NCBI GenBank assembly: GCA_013239625.1
Contig: MU054187.1
Coordinates: forward strand, 1,425,964-1,489,963
DNA length: 64,000 nt
Source: Lama guanicoe
Taxonomy: Eukaryota
Direction: 5' to 3'
Position 1 is the first letter of the stretch. Every line of letters starts with the position of its first letter. Under the pieces are notes generated by a model. That model searched no databases and was not told the DNA's origin. It was given only the letters and a program-made list of their open reading frames with translations. Position numbers and translations under genes: made by a program. Positions 1-13,660 of the stretch are shown in pieces.

Positions 1-939
1 GAACGTCACGCCTGACTGACACGAGCCGGGGGGCTTTGGACCAGGAACACACCAGGCAGTGGCTAGGCTCCCACTTAGGGTGGGGGTTCTCTTGTTGACT
101 CAGGCTGACTTCGATTACCTTTCACACGGAATTTTTTTTCCCCAGAAACTGCTATTATAGAAAGTACCATGAGAAATGAATTTTCTTTTGGACACCAGTT
201 TTTATCAGCATTTCACAGTTTGGAAATCTAATTGCATGTTTCGGGGCTGTGTGCAGGCAACTGCTCCCTTTGTACAGTGTTTGAACACAAAATCAATGCT
301 GCTTGTATTTTAAAGAAGCAAATGAAAAGTAACTAAAAAAGACAACATTCGTTCAGCAAAATTAGATCCTGCATTTGCCACCAGCCCAAGGCCATCACCC
401 CTCTTGTGCCCTCGCTCATTAAATCCGATGCACTAATTAACCCCGAGACAGGCGTGGAGAGGCCCTGGGTTTGGCACAACTGGCCTCCCTGAGCTCCTCT
501 GTCCTCACCACCAGCCTCCCCTCCGCTAGTCCACTAGCTCCTCTCAGAGGCCCGTGATCAAGTCTCTGCCCTGAACAGACAGAAGAAACAGGCTCCCTCC
601 ATGCCCTTGAACTTTCTCGCCCAGGGCTCCTCTCTGGGGGATTTCTTCTCGGAAGCACAGTCTGTGTCCGCCATCATCCACATCACAGTCCAGTCCACCT
701 CTATGTCTGTCCCTACCACGTCCTGACACCTGTTTTGCAAAAGTCACCGATGAGGTTATGAACATGGGTGCAGTGGAAATGTTCTGTCACAATGTTATTT
801 TTATTATCCTCACGGTTGGCCGTATCCAGCTCGAACTCTGCTACATGCTGAATACTTTATTCCCCTGACGTGGTTTGACTTCCACAACAACGTGTGCTGA
901 TTAACATATTTTACTTACGGACAAGTGGCGCTCACAGAG

Positions 940-1100
940 ATGCATAAGGTGGTGGAAGCGTTCTGGGCGACTCTGCAGAGATGGAGATGTCACCATCCTT
1001 TGGTCCAAACCCACAGAATGTACAGCACCAAGTGAACCCTGATGTAAACCATGGACTCATTAAAAATTTGTCCACATCAGTCCCCTGGTGAAACCTCATA
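940..1100 (+). mobile_element. Old L1 (L1MC-like) 3' UTR fragment
   Basis: gtccaaacccacagaatgtacagcaccaagtgaaccctgatgtaaaccatggact resembles the L1MC 3' end. Confidence 0.7.
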
Positions 1101-1939
1101 GAGGTGGCCCACTGTCCCCAGACACGCAGGCGGGCGATGCCACCACAGCAGGCCCTGAGTCTCGGCCCTGATGCCCCACCGGGCCCTCGCTGCCCCTCCC
1201 TCCCAGACGGCCTGGGGTTCTGGTTCCGGCTTCTGCTCATGCAGCTGCATCCACTCTGGCCTCTTCTCCGTTGGCTGTTCCCACTCGCTGACTGAGGCAC
1301 AAGGTAGCACCGACCGCAGAGGACGCTGATGCCCCCTGCCCGCCCCGCCCAAGCCACCCCACCTGTGCTTGTTGCTCACCCACAGCATCCTCTGTACAAG
1401 CTACGCCACGCCTGGGGGTAAAATGGCCTGCTTCTGTCTCTCGCTGTCACTCTGCAAGTACGCAAACGTCATAAAGGTATTCCTGTACCTGGTAATAGGT
1501 ACTAACACTTCAAGCATAAAATGCACATTTACTGAAATGAACAGTGTGTGACTGGGTCTTTATTTCATGATTTATGACACCAAGTGACCTGAGGATTTCT
1601 GGGGATTAGTATTTTGATAGATGTCACCAAGTAACCTGTGAAAATGAGTTTCTTGGTCAAATACATTGGGGAAATCTGAGGGAATGTTACATATATACAT
1701 TAAATAGAGGGTTTCAACTCAGTTGAAATAGAACGTACACGTTATGGGCCCATTTTAATAAGAGGCACAGAAGCACTAATGAAAGTTAAGTGTGTATATT
1801 ATTTTCATAATCACAGAAAAGAATAGGAAAACGCATGCCCAGAATGTGTGCAGAGCTAGACCAGAAGCGGAAAGAGGCGGCTACGTTTCCAACACCACTT
1901 GGTGCCAATGGGCCCAGTGACTTCTTTAAGCTGACAAAC

Positions 1940-2700
1940 AGATGAAATCTTAAAATGGAGTGAGTGAATCAAGGAGAAATAACTAATTAGAAAATAAAAT
2001 ACAACATTATGATATTAATAATAGTAACACACCGAACTGTAAGTAATTTAAGATTAAGCCTTTAAAAAGGTGGGACAGAATTATGTGGGTAGAGAAAGAA
2101 TCAAAATGAAACCACATATTTTTGAAAATCATAGAAGATATTTTTCTCCCATGTTTATTGGTATAAAGAGTTAATAACTTAAAGATGTGATGAACCTAAC
2201 ATTAATTCACAAGTTAAATGCAAAACAAAAAAAAAAGAAGAAAAAGAAAGAAAAGATGGAGGAAAACATTAACAGACTTTTCAAAACAAAAAGCACACTG
2301 ATTCTTAATATGTAAGAACTTATGTTTCAGGGGAGCCAACTACAAAAATTTTCAGAAATTTAAAGATTAATAATTAGAAAAAAATTTAAAAGGACAATTT
2401 CCTTTGTGTCAAGAATTTAAGATCATTATAAAGACATAATTAAACACTGTGGAATTTTTACATAGATAGGAAAAACAGGCTAACAGAAGCAAAGATTTAA
2501 TCCAGAAAGAGACTCAATATTTACATATTAAATACATAGGTGTTTACAAATATATGGATATTTAATAAAAAGTTACCTCGGTTAGGTCTGGTGTCTTGGG
2601 ACAATCAATACATTAGGAAGAGACTGCTGCTCTCAAAGGTAAAACTGCATTTCTAAAATCAACTTAGAGGAATAAACAACACAAGCTAGATGGAAAATCC
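1940..2700 (+). mobile_element. Highly degraded A-rich L1 (L1M/L1ME-like) remnants
   Basis: A-rich strand bias with L1-like motifs; very diverged. Confidence 0.4.
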
Positions 2701-4009
2701 CTGAAGGGAAGTTCGTGGGCGTGGAGTCCAGCAGTCGGTCAGCACGAGAAACGCTTTCCAACGACACTCCTGGTGGGATGTGCGAAGTAGCTGCCACACG
2801 CCTCTGCGTCGCAGGTAATCACATAGCTGTTACGAAGCTACTTACACCAGTGGGAGAAGATAAACAGTGCACCACACGTCCTCAGAATACAAACTATTGG
2901 GCAAAATTCTATATTCCATCTTTGTTAGAACAAATAAAGTTCAGAATATCAATTGGATAGAATGATGTGCGACAGTTCACAGAAGGCACCAAATACTGAC
3001 GTAAGAACGATACACTTTAGAAACAGACTCTTCAGTGTGCACTCACGAAGCGTACGGCACTACTTAATCATGTCATAAAAGACGCCAGAAACAGTAAAAG
3101 AGCAAGGAACCCTCCTCTTTCTGCTCTTTCCTTTTTCTGAGAGGCGATCACTAACATAAATTTAGTGTGGACCTAGGCAGCGTTTTTAGTAAATGTGTTG
3201 CATGTGTGTTGCGTAAACTCACCCTGCCGTTTGGATCCCACAACACTTTCCACGGGAAATTTCTCGTTCAGCTTAAACCAGTTCTTCAGAACAATTATCC
3301 CTTCCTTTCCATCTGCATCTTTGTCTTCATTTCTCTTTCAGATTATGTTCAAACCCAAGGAACGCATCAGTAAACACGCACAGCCTCAGGTGGAAACTGG
3401 CAATGGGTGAACCGCGTGTGGTCAAGTCCACTGAGTCAAGATTGAAAGGAGACAAATTTAGATCTTGACAAAATGTAGGCTGGCAGAATCTGCTCATGGA
3501 GAATTAGGTTCAGAAGACAGAAAGGCCACAGCAGGACGTTAACACTGGCTGAAGCCACGCACGCTTCTTGTTTTCACATGGAAAATAAAACCTGAGCTTG
3601 TGAAAGCATTTGTTTAAAAGACTCAGTATTAAAAGATGGATCAGGATAAAACTAATTTTTAGTATAATAAAAACCCAAATGCTTTTAGGAAATGGATCCA
3701 GTAATTAAAGGTAGCTTAATAAAGTTGACATGGGAAAACAAGGTAATACTGTATGAATATAGATAGAATTCTAATTAACTATTTTATGTACAATATCCTT
3801 AGAATGTCAGGAGATCCTAACTTTCTGTTCTGAACAGGTCTAATTTAATCTCCACAAAGCCAGATTTTCACACGTTTCCTTTCCACATCAGCCCTGGAGC
3901 CGTGCTTTGAAACTATTAAGGACAGTACCAGTGTAGGTGCCCCGCACCGTCCACTCTCTTCATCCAGGGCCACGCTGGATGGACTGCAGGCGCGCACTCA
4001 GCGTTTCCT

Positions 4010-4460
4010 TCCCTCTAACCCACAGGCGGAGCTAGTGCCCCTGTGATTAGGGTCTTGCAATGATACAGTGCTGACACGGCCCTCATTAAAGCCCATGCTT
4101 CGTTCAGATCACCGTAATGTCCTTTTCCGGCTCCCGTGTTCCACCCAGGAAGCCCATCACACTCGCAGTCGCTCTCCACGGGCCCCGTCTGGCTGTGACA
4201 GTTTCTCAAACTTCCCTTGAATTTATTACCTTGATGGTTTTGAGAAGTGCCGGCCAGTGTTTACAGAATGTCCCCCCACTGTCATCTGTCTGTTTCTGGC
4301 AATGAGACGGGGCTTAGGGCTGAAGGAGGAAAACCAGAGGTAAAGGCCTTTTCTGTCACGTCCCAGCGGTCAACACGATCGGCACGGTTGTAAGTGTTGG
4401 CACTGGCCCCGACCACCCAGCACGCGCAGAATTTGTCAGGGTTCTCCACTTTGAGACGTG
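4010..4460 (-). mobile_element. L1MC/L1MD-like 3' UTR fragment
   Basis: ctgtgacagtttctcaaacttcccttg...ttgatggttttgagaagtgccggccagtgtttacagaatgtccc...tttgtcagggttctccact matches antisense L1MC/MD 3' UTR; related to the + copy at 51.85-52.3 kb. Confidence 0.7.
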
Positions 4461-5941
4461 GAGAACTGAGGCCCCCAGCACCTTCCCGCTTTCAGACTAG
4501 TCCACACCCGGCCTCCATCAGTCAGTCACAACCGCCCGCTCCGTGTTCCTGCTCCCCTGTGGCTACAGCAGCTTCTGCTCCAGGTCAGCACATCTCGGCT
4601 GTGACTCTGGGTTTCCCATCGCCCCCAATTTGGGGGTAGCTTTTTACCTGGCAACTCAGTTCCTGGATGGGCCCCCAAAATTATTAATTTACCTTTTGCA
4701 TAACTTTTTCTGTGGTATGGACAGGAATGAGGACTTCTAAGCTCACTGCGTTCTTTCTTAAAACCACCTCTCTTATGATTCTAAAAAATGAAGCTATAGT
4801 TGTGAACCATCAATTGATACCCTTGCAGTATTTATAAATTCATGCAGCTGCTCACAGACTCTCAGACCTCAAATGTCTCCTGGTGACTGTCCCTTCCGTT
4901 TGAAGGCACCTGCAGATCATGCAAGCAGGAATAAAAGAGCTCCCAGCTTTGGTTCTAACCTTCCCTCCCAAACTGTGTCTTTTTCTGTTTGAGGCTCACA
5001 GAATCCAATCGTCAACACACTTCTCACTGGACTCTTTAAATTTGCAAAGAGCACATTCATTACTTCCCTTATGTACCTTTCAAGCGTCCATTAACCATGA
5101 AAGGCTTGGCTGAAATATTGTTCTCGATAAAGTCTTCCTCCAGCTCCTTAAAGCAAATCAATTCCTCCCTCCTGTCTATTTTCTTAACACTATTTCTCTC
5201 GTACGGCATGATCCGCATTGGTTCGGTGCGTAAGTACTAAATTACCCAATATTTGACATAAGAATGACTGTAATTTTAGTTTATTTACATATTTTCTTCT
5301 GAAACAGAAAGCTTTGGGGTCGGAGGATGGGATATCTGTATCTGCAGTGATTGTACAGTATAGTGGACGCTGTACAGTAAGTCAGCGCTTGTTAAACGTA
5401 ACTGGAAACGCTGAATATTAAATCCCACACAGACCGTATTATCAAAACTGGCTACCATCCGCAGCATGAATGTACTTTGTATAGTCACAGCACGTAGCCC
5501 AGAGTCACGGAGGACTGTAATCGCTTTGCCCTGTTTCATTTCTTGGACCAGTTTGCAACCTTTGTATTTGTCTTCGCAGACATCATATAAAAGATTCAAG
5601 TACTTGAATTAAGGACTAACACGCTGAATAAAACACGGTGATCCTATTCAAAGCAGAAAATACTGTTTCGTTTCACGATTAAAAAGAAAAATGTCTGATT
5701 CGTTTTAATATATAAAAAGTGAAAATTTTTCTTATTAAAGGATCATGTTTCATGAGAAGATGTGTGTTTTTTCAGTCGAGCACCTCATGAGGCTTTCTCA
5801 GTGCGTTTGTCAAATGGTGTCAGCACGAAATATTCCTGCATCTGGAAACTCCTTAATCACAGGACACTTCCACCCAGAGTCTGCAGTGGCCTCAGCACGC
5901 GATGACAGGGGACACTTGCAGATCTGTGACAGGAAGGGCTG

Positions 5942-5943
<2 letters not shown>

Positions 5944-5990
<47 letters not shown>
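5944..5990. repeat. (TG)23 microsatellite
   Basis: Perfect TG run read directly. Confidence 0.98.
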
Positions 5991-5991
<1 letters not shown>

Positions 5992-6184
5992 TCGCGCGTG
6001 TGTGGGAGGGGCGACAATGATGCTGTGTTCGAATCAGCTGTTCTCTTGTTATTCATTTTGATATCAATGTATTTTCTTATTTTCTGCCTCAATTTTCTCT
6101 CAGATTTTCATTGCAAAGTACCAGAAATAAAGCCATTGAGTGCCGAGTCCACAGTTAGTCACTGGGACGTTCAAAAACACGGGT

Positions 6185-6790
6185 AATGAAATCAATTGCA
6201 ATGATTGATAGTTACATTGCAATAGTTTCAATTCAGAGTTTTCGCTGACTCGCCCCTTAAGGAGGCAGTTACATAATGCACTGCAAGAACAAGGCAGTGT
6301 CTGAGATGACGAGATTCACTGAGCATTTAATCCCTGTTAAACAGGTGACAGGTCACGGTCATTGTAATAATCTTTAGTGCCTAATAAAACTGTTTATCCA
6401 CTTCTTTGGCTTATTAGCCAAGTCTTAGGGTCCACGCATTAAAGTCAAATAAAGGTTGCACCTCTTGCGAACAAAGGCACCCTGTCGGCATCTCTGGCCG
6501 GAGCCTAACAGAGCTGCCCGGCACGTAGCCGACCGGAGCAGCATCTCACTACGTGCAGAGCCCGTGATCGGCGGGGGTAGGAAAGCACTGAGGCGCCAGA
6601 CGAGAAGCCAGCAGCACCGTGAGCAGTTTCATCGCATTAATTCAACAATTAGCGTGGGAAAAAAACCAGTGTAACACCTCACATATGTCTTTCAGGGCTC
6701 GCATTAGAAAAAATTTCCGTTGCCCCATAAATTTAAACATTAGCTCTGAGTACATTCAACCATTTGCTTTAAAGCTGTGCTACGTGCTTT
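6185..6790. promoter_or_regulatory. Candidate developmental enhancer / conserved non-coding-like block
   Basis: Non-repeat sequence with TGATTGAT (6202-6209), TAATCC (6328-6333), TGACAG (6346-6351) and many TAAT/ATTA cores; function is inferred. Confidence 0.3.
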
Positions 6791-6799
6791 TCATTTTTA

Positions 6800-7220
6800 C
6801 CCTCACAGGCCGCCTGGGCTCTGGCGCCCCGACAGCGCCCGGCCGCGCTGCCTCGGACACGGCCCTTCCTTCCTCGCGGCCGGCAGCGCTAGCGGGACTG
6901 CGGCCTTCCAGGGGACTCTCACCGAGACGCTTTCTCAGAATTCTCTTGACACGTTTTTTCCTACACTTGACAGGAAAAGAATACAAACCTCTGACTCCCA
7001 GCCATCCTGAAGTCTGACACACAAACCAAGCCCTCTTAACGCAGAGCTCGCTGTCCGTGGCCAGACCGCGGCGGGCGGCCAGGGGGCAGCTGAGCAGGGC
7101 GGGGGCTGGGACGTGCGTCACGGAAACCGTGACGGCCGGAGCCCTGTTCCTCCACGACGAGTGGGCTCGGGAGACAGTGCTCGGCCTCGGCCTCCGCAGA
7201 GTCGGGCCGGCTCCCCGACA
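6800..7220. promoter_or_regulatory. CpG-island-like GC-rich segment
   Basis: High GC and dense CpG. Confidence 0.5.
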
Positions 7221-7718
7221 AGAAGTCAACAGGTGTCAGAAGTCTGTGGACTCTTTCCGGCTTCTTGGGAGCTACTTACTATTGAGTCATGTTCTCAGTT
7301 GCATCTCAGTAGCGTCCTGTGATGCCACGGGGCGCTATGCAGTGAGGGCGTGTCCTTTAAAGCCGACAGACCAGCCCAGGGTGGAACCAACTACATTTGT
7401 GAGATCTCTGGGGACAAAATTCACAGCCCAGTAACCTCTCCTGGTTTGCTAAGAAATCTGCCTTGGCGTTTCAAAAGTCTGTAAACCCTTTTTCATCTCA
7501 GGGATGCCAGCAACTTGACAAGAATAATGACTTGAATATAAACATAGAAAACTTGCAAAGCTGTAAGTTTAGGCATTTACCTTGCACACTGACCATAAAT
7601 ATCTATATTAAAGATGCCCACACATATGCAAGCCTTATGTTAAAGTTAAAAATTAGAAATAGGTTTTGCAAACTGCAACCTGCTAGAGGCTATCAGGTCA
7701 TCCACAGTCACTCTTACC

Positions 7719-7750
7719 AAAAAAAAAAAATATATATATATATATATATA
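7719..7750. repeat. A12(TA)10 compound microsatellite
   Basis: Read directly. Confidence 0.95.
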
Positions 7751-9039
7751 CATATTTCAGTCAAAAAACAGTACAATGAATAGAAAACCAGCAGTCTGAG
7801 TTCCCGTTACAAGTACAGCTATTTGAAAAAAAAAATAATGCTTTAAAAAAATAAACAGGATCAGAGCCACCTAATTTTCACCCAAAGACAGCAGGCCAGT
7901 TCTGGGCTTTGCCCAAATTTGTTAACCTCTCTGAGCCACTGATCTTCACATAAAAACAAAAGAAACTCATCAGTCTCACAGCTGTCCCTGCGCAGCTGCC
8001 GGAGGCTCCCCGACCCCTGCTGACCTCTGTGGCGGCCCCTCCCCCTTCCTTCCCAAGTTCATGTACCCCGTCGGGGGGGGGGGAGCCACCTGCTGCCCCG
8101 GGTTGACTTCTGCCCCTTTCCCGTGACCAGACTCAGTCTGGACTCGGACCGTCGTTACCCTGCTGCATCCACTTTCAGGAGGCGGGACACTCTGGGGCCT
8201 CTGCTCAGAGCCCTCGCTAGTGGACACCCCAGTCATACTCCTAAATTCTAGATTCTCGGGGCCTGTGCACTGCGTGCCGCAGAACCTGTTATTCATCCTC
8301 CTGTATTTGGAGAACAGATGTCGCTGACCAGTTTTCCTGCTCAGGAATCTGGCAGTGAAGCTGAGACGCGGGAGACCTGGCGGTCTGTGCCGGTGGCTGC
8401 CGACCTCCCAGTGCAGCAGGAAGCCCGGCGTGAGCTTCCCCACCGCCGCCGGCTCCCGCCCCTGGGCTGGCTGCGGTGGAGCAGCGCCCCGCGTTAGAGG
8501 CACGGGTGGGCTGTGTTCCTTACAATGCCTATTTCTCAGTAACTGCAGATTCACGTGTGGTCATAAGAAATGATGTGGAGAAACAGTCTATCCTTGGCTC
8601 ACTTTGCCCCAGAGGTAATACCTTCCAGAGAAAAGCAGAGCACACTATAAAAACCAGGGTGTTTGTGCTGGTAAAATCCACTCACTCAGACTTCCCCAGT
8701 TTCAGTGTGTTCATCCGTGGGCGTGTGATCAGCTCTGTGCAACTTTATCCCAGGTGTCACTTTGTCCACCCACCAAAACGACAGGGAGAGCGACTCCGCC
8801 ACCAGCCCCTCTGTGCGCCTGGGCGTCTTCACCACGCAGGCCTGCTCAGCTGCCGACTCCTGGCAAACATGCATCTGTCCTTTATTTCTAAAATACTGCC
8901 TTTTCAAAACTGCTGTAAAATAAATTGCAAAGCACATCACCTTTTCAGACTGGCCGCTTACATCCGGCTTATGTTCTGCGCTCCTTTGCACAGCTGAGGG
9001 GCCACCCCTGGCACGGACGCACCACAGCTTAGCTGCTGG

Positions 9040-9570
9040 GAGCATCGAGGTCGTTTCCACTTTCTGTTTGTGGTGAACAAACATCTACCATGAACATTCA
9101 CATGTAGGACTGTAGTGAGGATGACTTTTTATTGCTCTGGGATATGTGGTCCAAGAGTGGAGCTGCTGTGCTGCACGGCAATTGTACACGAAGATTTTTA
9201 ATGAAAGTGCCAAAGGGTGAGGAATCCAGTTTCTCCACAATCTTGCCAACATTTGATGTTGCACTATTTTTTAAAATTTTATTTAGCCATCTGATGGTGC
9301 ATAATGATTTCTTCTGCATTAAGTGAAAAATCAATGTAACATTTTTCATTCCTTTAATTTTTTTTGCTACATTGTGCTCTTTTTCTTGAGGAGTTGCTCC
9401 AGGATTTGCCGTCTACAGTTTAACGTAGCAAAATCGATTTCATATTTATACTATGTATTAATTCCAATGAGATACAAAAATGTTATTTCAACATATCTCA
9501 ATTTCCCTTCCCTTATTTTTCATTTTATAGATCATGTTTGTTGGTGCTCAATCTAAAAAAAAATTTGCCT
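9040..9570 (-). mobile_element. Old L1M ORF2-end/3' UTR fragment
   Basis: atgaacattcacatgt...ccaagagtggagctgctg...ccagtttctccacaatcttgccaacatttgatgttg is typical antisense L1. Confidence 0.75.
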
Positions 9571-10079
9571 AAATCTAGATTCCAGTAAAAGAGGAAGAGA
9601 GAGCAAATAAGATATGGCACTTACAGAGAACAAAGGCCATTTAGCTAGTGAAAATTATAAACCTAACCAGAGTTTCCAGAAATTATCCTAAGTGCATAGT
9701 GCAAGTGGATGCATAATCGTCCAGTTAAAACTACTAAATATTTATAAGAACTGAGACGATCTCTGGCATGGGAGCCATCCCCGCCCCCTGAACCCCACCC
9801 AAGCTCTGTTCCAGAAACTGCTCGGAACGAGCGGCCGCAGGAGGGGACCCAGCGTTTCTCCCTCCTCTCCGCCCTGGGCTGCAGAAGCTCCCTCTGGCTG
9901 GGGGCAGCCGACAGGACCGAGGTCCCACCTGTAGGATGGATGCCGGCCCCCAGGTGTTGCCTGCCCGCCGTCAGCCCCAGCCCGGGGCCACCCCCCCCCG
10001 CCCCCCAGCCCACCTGGGGCCTGGCCCGCTCCCCGGCTCCCCCACCACCTCTGATGACACCAGCCCCGCAGGCAGCCAC

Positions 10080-10430
10080 TCAGACTCAGCAGCTCGTTCG
10101 TACCAAACGGACGTGAAAACCCAAGTCCTTGCGAAGACGTGTGGAAGATGTTGGTAGCAGCTTTATTCCTAACGGCCAGAAAGTGGACACAACCCAGCGT
10201 CTACCAACGGATGAGAGCATAAAGAAACACACGGCCCAGCCGCACAGCGGCGGGCTCCTTGGCGTGAAAGTGAGTGACGGCGGCGCCTGCTGCAGGGAGG
10301 AGCTCTCCGGCGCTCGGGAGGGAGCACCCCCACCGGACTGCACTTGTTTGCAGCGTCCAGAGCGAGCACATCTCAGAGACACAAGGCAGACTACTGGTGG
10401 CCCAGGCCTGAGACCTGGGGGTTAATCTGT
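10080..10430 (+). mobile_element. L1MB/ME-like 3' UTR fragment, strongly GC-shifted
   Basis: tgttggtagcagctttattcctaacggccagaaagtggacacaacccagcgtctaccaacggatga corresponds to the L1 motif tgttcatagcagctttattcataatagccaaaaactggaaacaacccaaatgtccatcaacagatga. Confidence 0.7.
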
Positions 10431-11096
10431 CAATTACGTGAAATGTGTCAAACTTTCTACTTTACAGACATGCCTGTGCAAAAGGGGGAGGCTCTCCCCA
10501 CGTTCCCGTCTTCCCCTCCTCTGTATTTTGTTCTGCAATAACAGAAGTTCAGGCTGGGTTTTGTGGTTTATCTTTATAATCCCTGCATCCCTTTGCAATA
10601 ACACGCTTCATCCAGTGTAGTAAAGACGCTTCCGTAAGCTCTTCTTTCCAGATGTGTACTTAAATCTGGTTATAGTAAACTTTAAGAGACGCTCAATTTT
10701 TTTTTTCATTCAATTAAAATGATGTATTGAATGCAACTAAGTGGCCTAAATAAATGTCAGGGCCCAGAAATCTTATTAAGTAGAGATTTTCATTCTAATC
10801 CTTAGGAAAAATAATATCTACTAATTCCGTAAGATTTTTCTTCCCCTTTTAAATCCTTGCTCACTTCTGATCAATCGAGACTTCAGAGCCCTCTGGACAT
10901 GCTAATGGTCTCCGTCGCACGCAGAACTGCTTTCTTCCTGCTAATCCACTCAAAAATGCCTACGGTGAGCACCCGCAACCCAGGAAGACTTTGCCAAACT
11001 TATTTTCATTGCTTCACATTATAAAGGTAATAGTTTGTGTTTGTTCTTCAAAAGTAAAATTTCATAACGTTATATGCACTTCCCCCCAAAACAATG

Positions 11097-11545
11097 CGTC
11101 GACTGAAATAAACGTACAACCCAGAAGTTGAGAGCTACGTTTTATTCGGTGAACAATTCTGAGGACTCAAGCCATGATGACAGCCTCTCAGGTCGCTCTG
11201 AGGGACGGCTCCGAAGAGGCAGGGAGCAGCTAGGATGTATGGGAGCTTTACAACAAAGACCAGGGAGTTGGAACAATAAAAGATTACTTGTTACCTAAAG
11301 AAAACCAGGCATCTCAAGTTAAAGAATTCAGTGCTTTTCCATGTATGGGAGGAAGCAAGCATTTGGGCTCATTGAACTCATTCCTTTGACAAGCACCTGG
11401 CTATCCAGGGCCAGTCCTGTCCTTTCTTGTTCTGATCCCCTCAGGGTGCACCACTGTGAGTGGCTGCAGAGGCCGGCTGCAGGCTGGTCCTCACTGGGCG
11501 GTGGGGGGTGGGGCGGCACCGCTTATGACTTGATGGCTTGACACG
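11097..11545 (-). mobile_element. ERV1-type solo LTR (partial)
   Basis: Minus strand ends ...aataaaacgtagctctcaacttctgggttgtacgtttatttcagtcgac, a laurasiatherian ERV1-type LTR terminus with AATAAA; 5' end not resolved. Confidence 0.65.
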
Positions 11546-12654
11546 CAGTTTCTCCAATCGGGGGGAGAGAGGTGCGCACACGGCAGTGGAGGCCCCTGAA
11601 AGCGCAGGTATAAAACAAGACGCAGCTAACACATTACCAAGTGTACATTAAACGTCACTCAGCTTCCAGCCGTGCGAGGACAGGCGTCACTTCAGCACAG
11701 CCTGGGACGCAGGGTTCTACAGGCCGGACCCCAGGCGGGGACGGCGGTGAGGGCTCAGAAATGCCTCTCACAGCTCGTGCCCTGCAGTCACTAGATCCTC
11801 CCACGAAGACACTCACACACATGCAAACCCCTGAAGGGCATTAGAAAACTTGCATTGATAAAAAGCTGCAGAGGTGTGTTCTCTAGATAACTGAAGCAGC
11901 CCTCACGACAGAGGTGACAGTGAGAAGGAAACGCTTGGGCTGGGCCAAGCTGGGCTGGGCTAACGCACGGAGTTTAAGCCTCACCCTGCAGACCGGTTTC
12001 GGGTGACTGCAAGCAACCCTTTGCTTCCGCTGCTGTGACACCGCCTCGCTGCACTCACCCTATTGGTTGATGGACCCCGAGCTTGGAAGTGACCCTGCAA
12101 AACCCTCACTCACACTTCCTGGAGGCGCTCAGAGCTCAGGAGCCGTAGCCCCTCCGAGCCGCCAGCGTGACAAACCTGAGTGCTCCAGCCCTCCGAGCGG
12201 TGCTGTCTCCTGGCTGGCCTGCCATTTCCCTAACAACAGGCAGGACCCCGTGCGCTCACTCGGCTGATCATGCCCCTCAGGCTCTCGTCTTCAGGATTCT
12301 GACAGGATGCTTCCTGAGGGTCCGTGGGCCCAAGGCCCACACCCGTGTGCAGGTCGCCCTGATCCTAAGCGCAGCCTCCGCTCTACAGCACAAGAGGAGT
12401 TTCAATCGATTTTCTCCACTTTCTGGGGGATAAAAAAACGAAGGAAAAACCTATATGGAGGATTGTTTTTCCTACGGAAGGGACTTAGACTGGGCGATCT
12501 GCATCTATAAGGAAACAGTCAAAATGCTGTTAGACATTTTGCCTCCACGCGTCATAAACAGAAAACGCCCAGCGTGTTCCCACATCCCCCACTTAAAACA
12601 AAGCAGCTGCTGTCCATCCAAGCTTGTTCTGAAAGAGATGTTAGTCCATTTTAC

Positions 12655-13660
12655 ATAACTTTCACAACTCCACTCTTCCGAACAATTCAGTGTTAACTGA
12701 GGACAATGGTGGCGTGGTTAAACATAGACACTTGCATTGTTGTGAAAGCAGGGTACATCGACTTGGCAGCCTGGCATTTTCATCTGCAACTAGAGGCGAC
12801 ATCCTGACCTCTTCCTTCCTCCAAGCACAGCTGGCACCAGCTGCGGAGTGGGGTGATGGCTGGGCATGCAGGATGCAAGCAACAACACGTGGCTGGCTGT
12901 GGACTACGTACTCACGTGGACCATGTGTGACATAAAATATTTAGAGGAAACACAAAGTACCCTTGCAAGAGCCTTTGAAAATCAGGAAATAATCCTTGAA
13001 AATAATAGTCTGTAATTAAAATTAAATCACTCGAAGGGCAGAGCACCCCCAGGGAAATGAAAAGTATTAACCCAGGACATTTAATGCGTTTTGTTTTGTT
13101 TTTCTTCTTTTCAAGGAGATGACAAAATTTGTACAAGGGTATTTTTTTGCCCTAACCGGAGTGTCCATACTATTGTTACGGTTGTTTATAATTCGGAAAT
13201 TGGATTAACGCCAGGGGAATAAATGCTAACATCTACGTTATAGGAATTAATGGGAAATGATGTGTTAATAATCAGAAAATCTGAATGATCCGAAAGATGA
13301 AATGTCTACAGAAAAGAGAAGGGTGTTATTTTTTGTTCAGAAAGTAATTCCCACGGTACCATTGACCATGGCAGGAAACTGTGGCTATAATCCCCAGGTG
13401 ACGCACATCACGCAGACCCTGACACGTCGCCACGGGATTGTCTCCCCAGCAGCCGCCAGCGGTGCTTGCAGGAGGCAGGCGTGCGTGTGGCCCTCACCGG
13501 TGCAGAAATAGAGCGCCAGCCTGAGTCGGGGGAAGCCGCGGGTACCGCACTGCAAATGCCTGTGTTTAACAGCTTGCGTATTTTTATAAAATGATGTAGA
13601 CATTCTATAATTTATACATTCCAATTCTGAATTGTTGGGGAGCATGTCATTAAAATTACC
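12655..13660. repeat. Diverged inverted repeat (arms ~12655-12920 and ~13395-13660, spacer ~470 bp)
   Basis: aacaattcag 12681-12690 = rc 13627-13636; 12717-12736 vs rc 13551-13570 match 17/20; 12822-12835 vs rc 13455-13468 match 13/14; blocks are colinear. Confidence 0.85.

Noticed and set aside
3223..3335. Minus-strand open exon (RNEDKDADGKEGIIVLKNWFKLNEKFPVESVVGSKRQ) with a good donor
   Set aside because: Acceptor lacks a pyrimidine tract; peptide not recognised; no compatible neighbouring exons found
5285..5599. 104-aa minus ORF with protein-like composition
   Set aside because: No recognisable homology, non-ATG start and weak donor; cannot be supported
11935..11961. Ig-switch-like GGGCT pentamers
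   Set aside because: Only ~4 units; far too short to be a switch region
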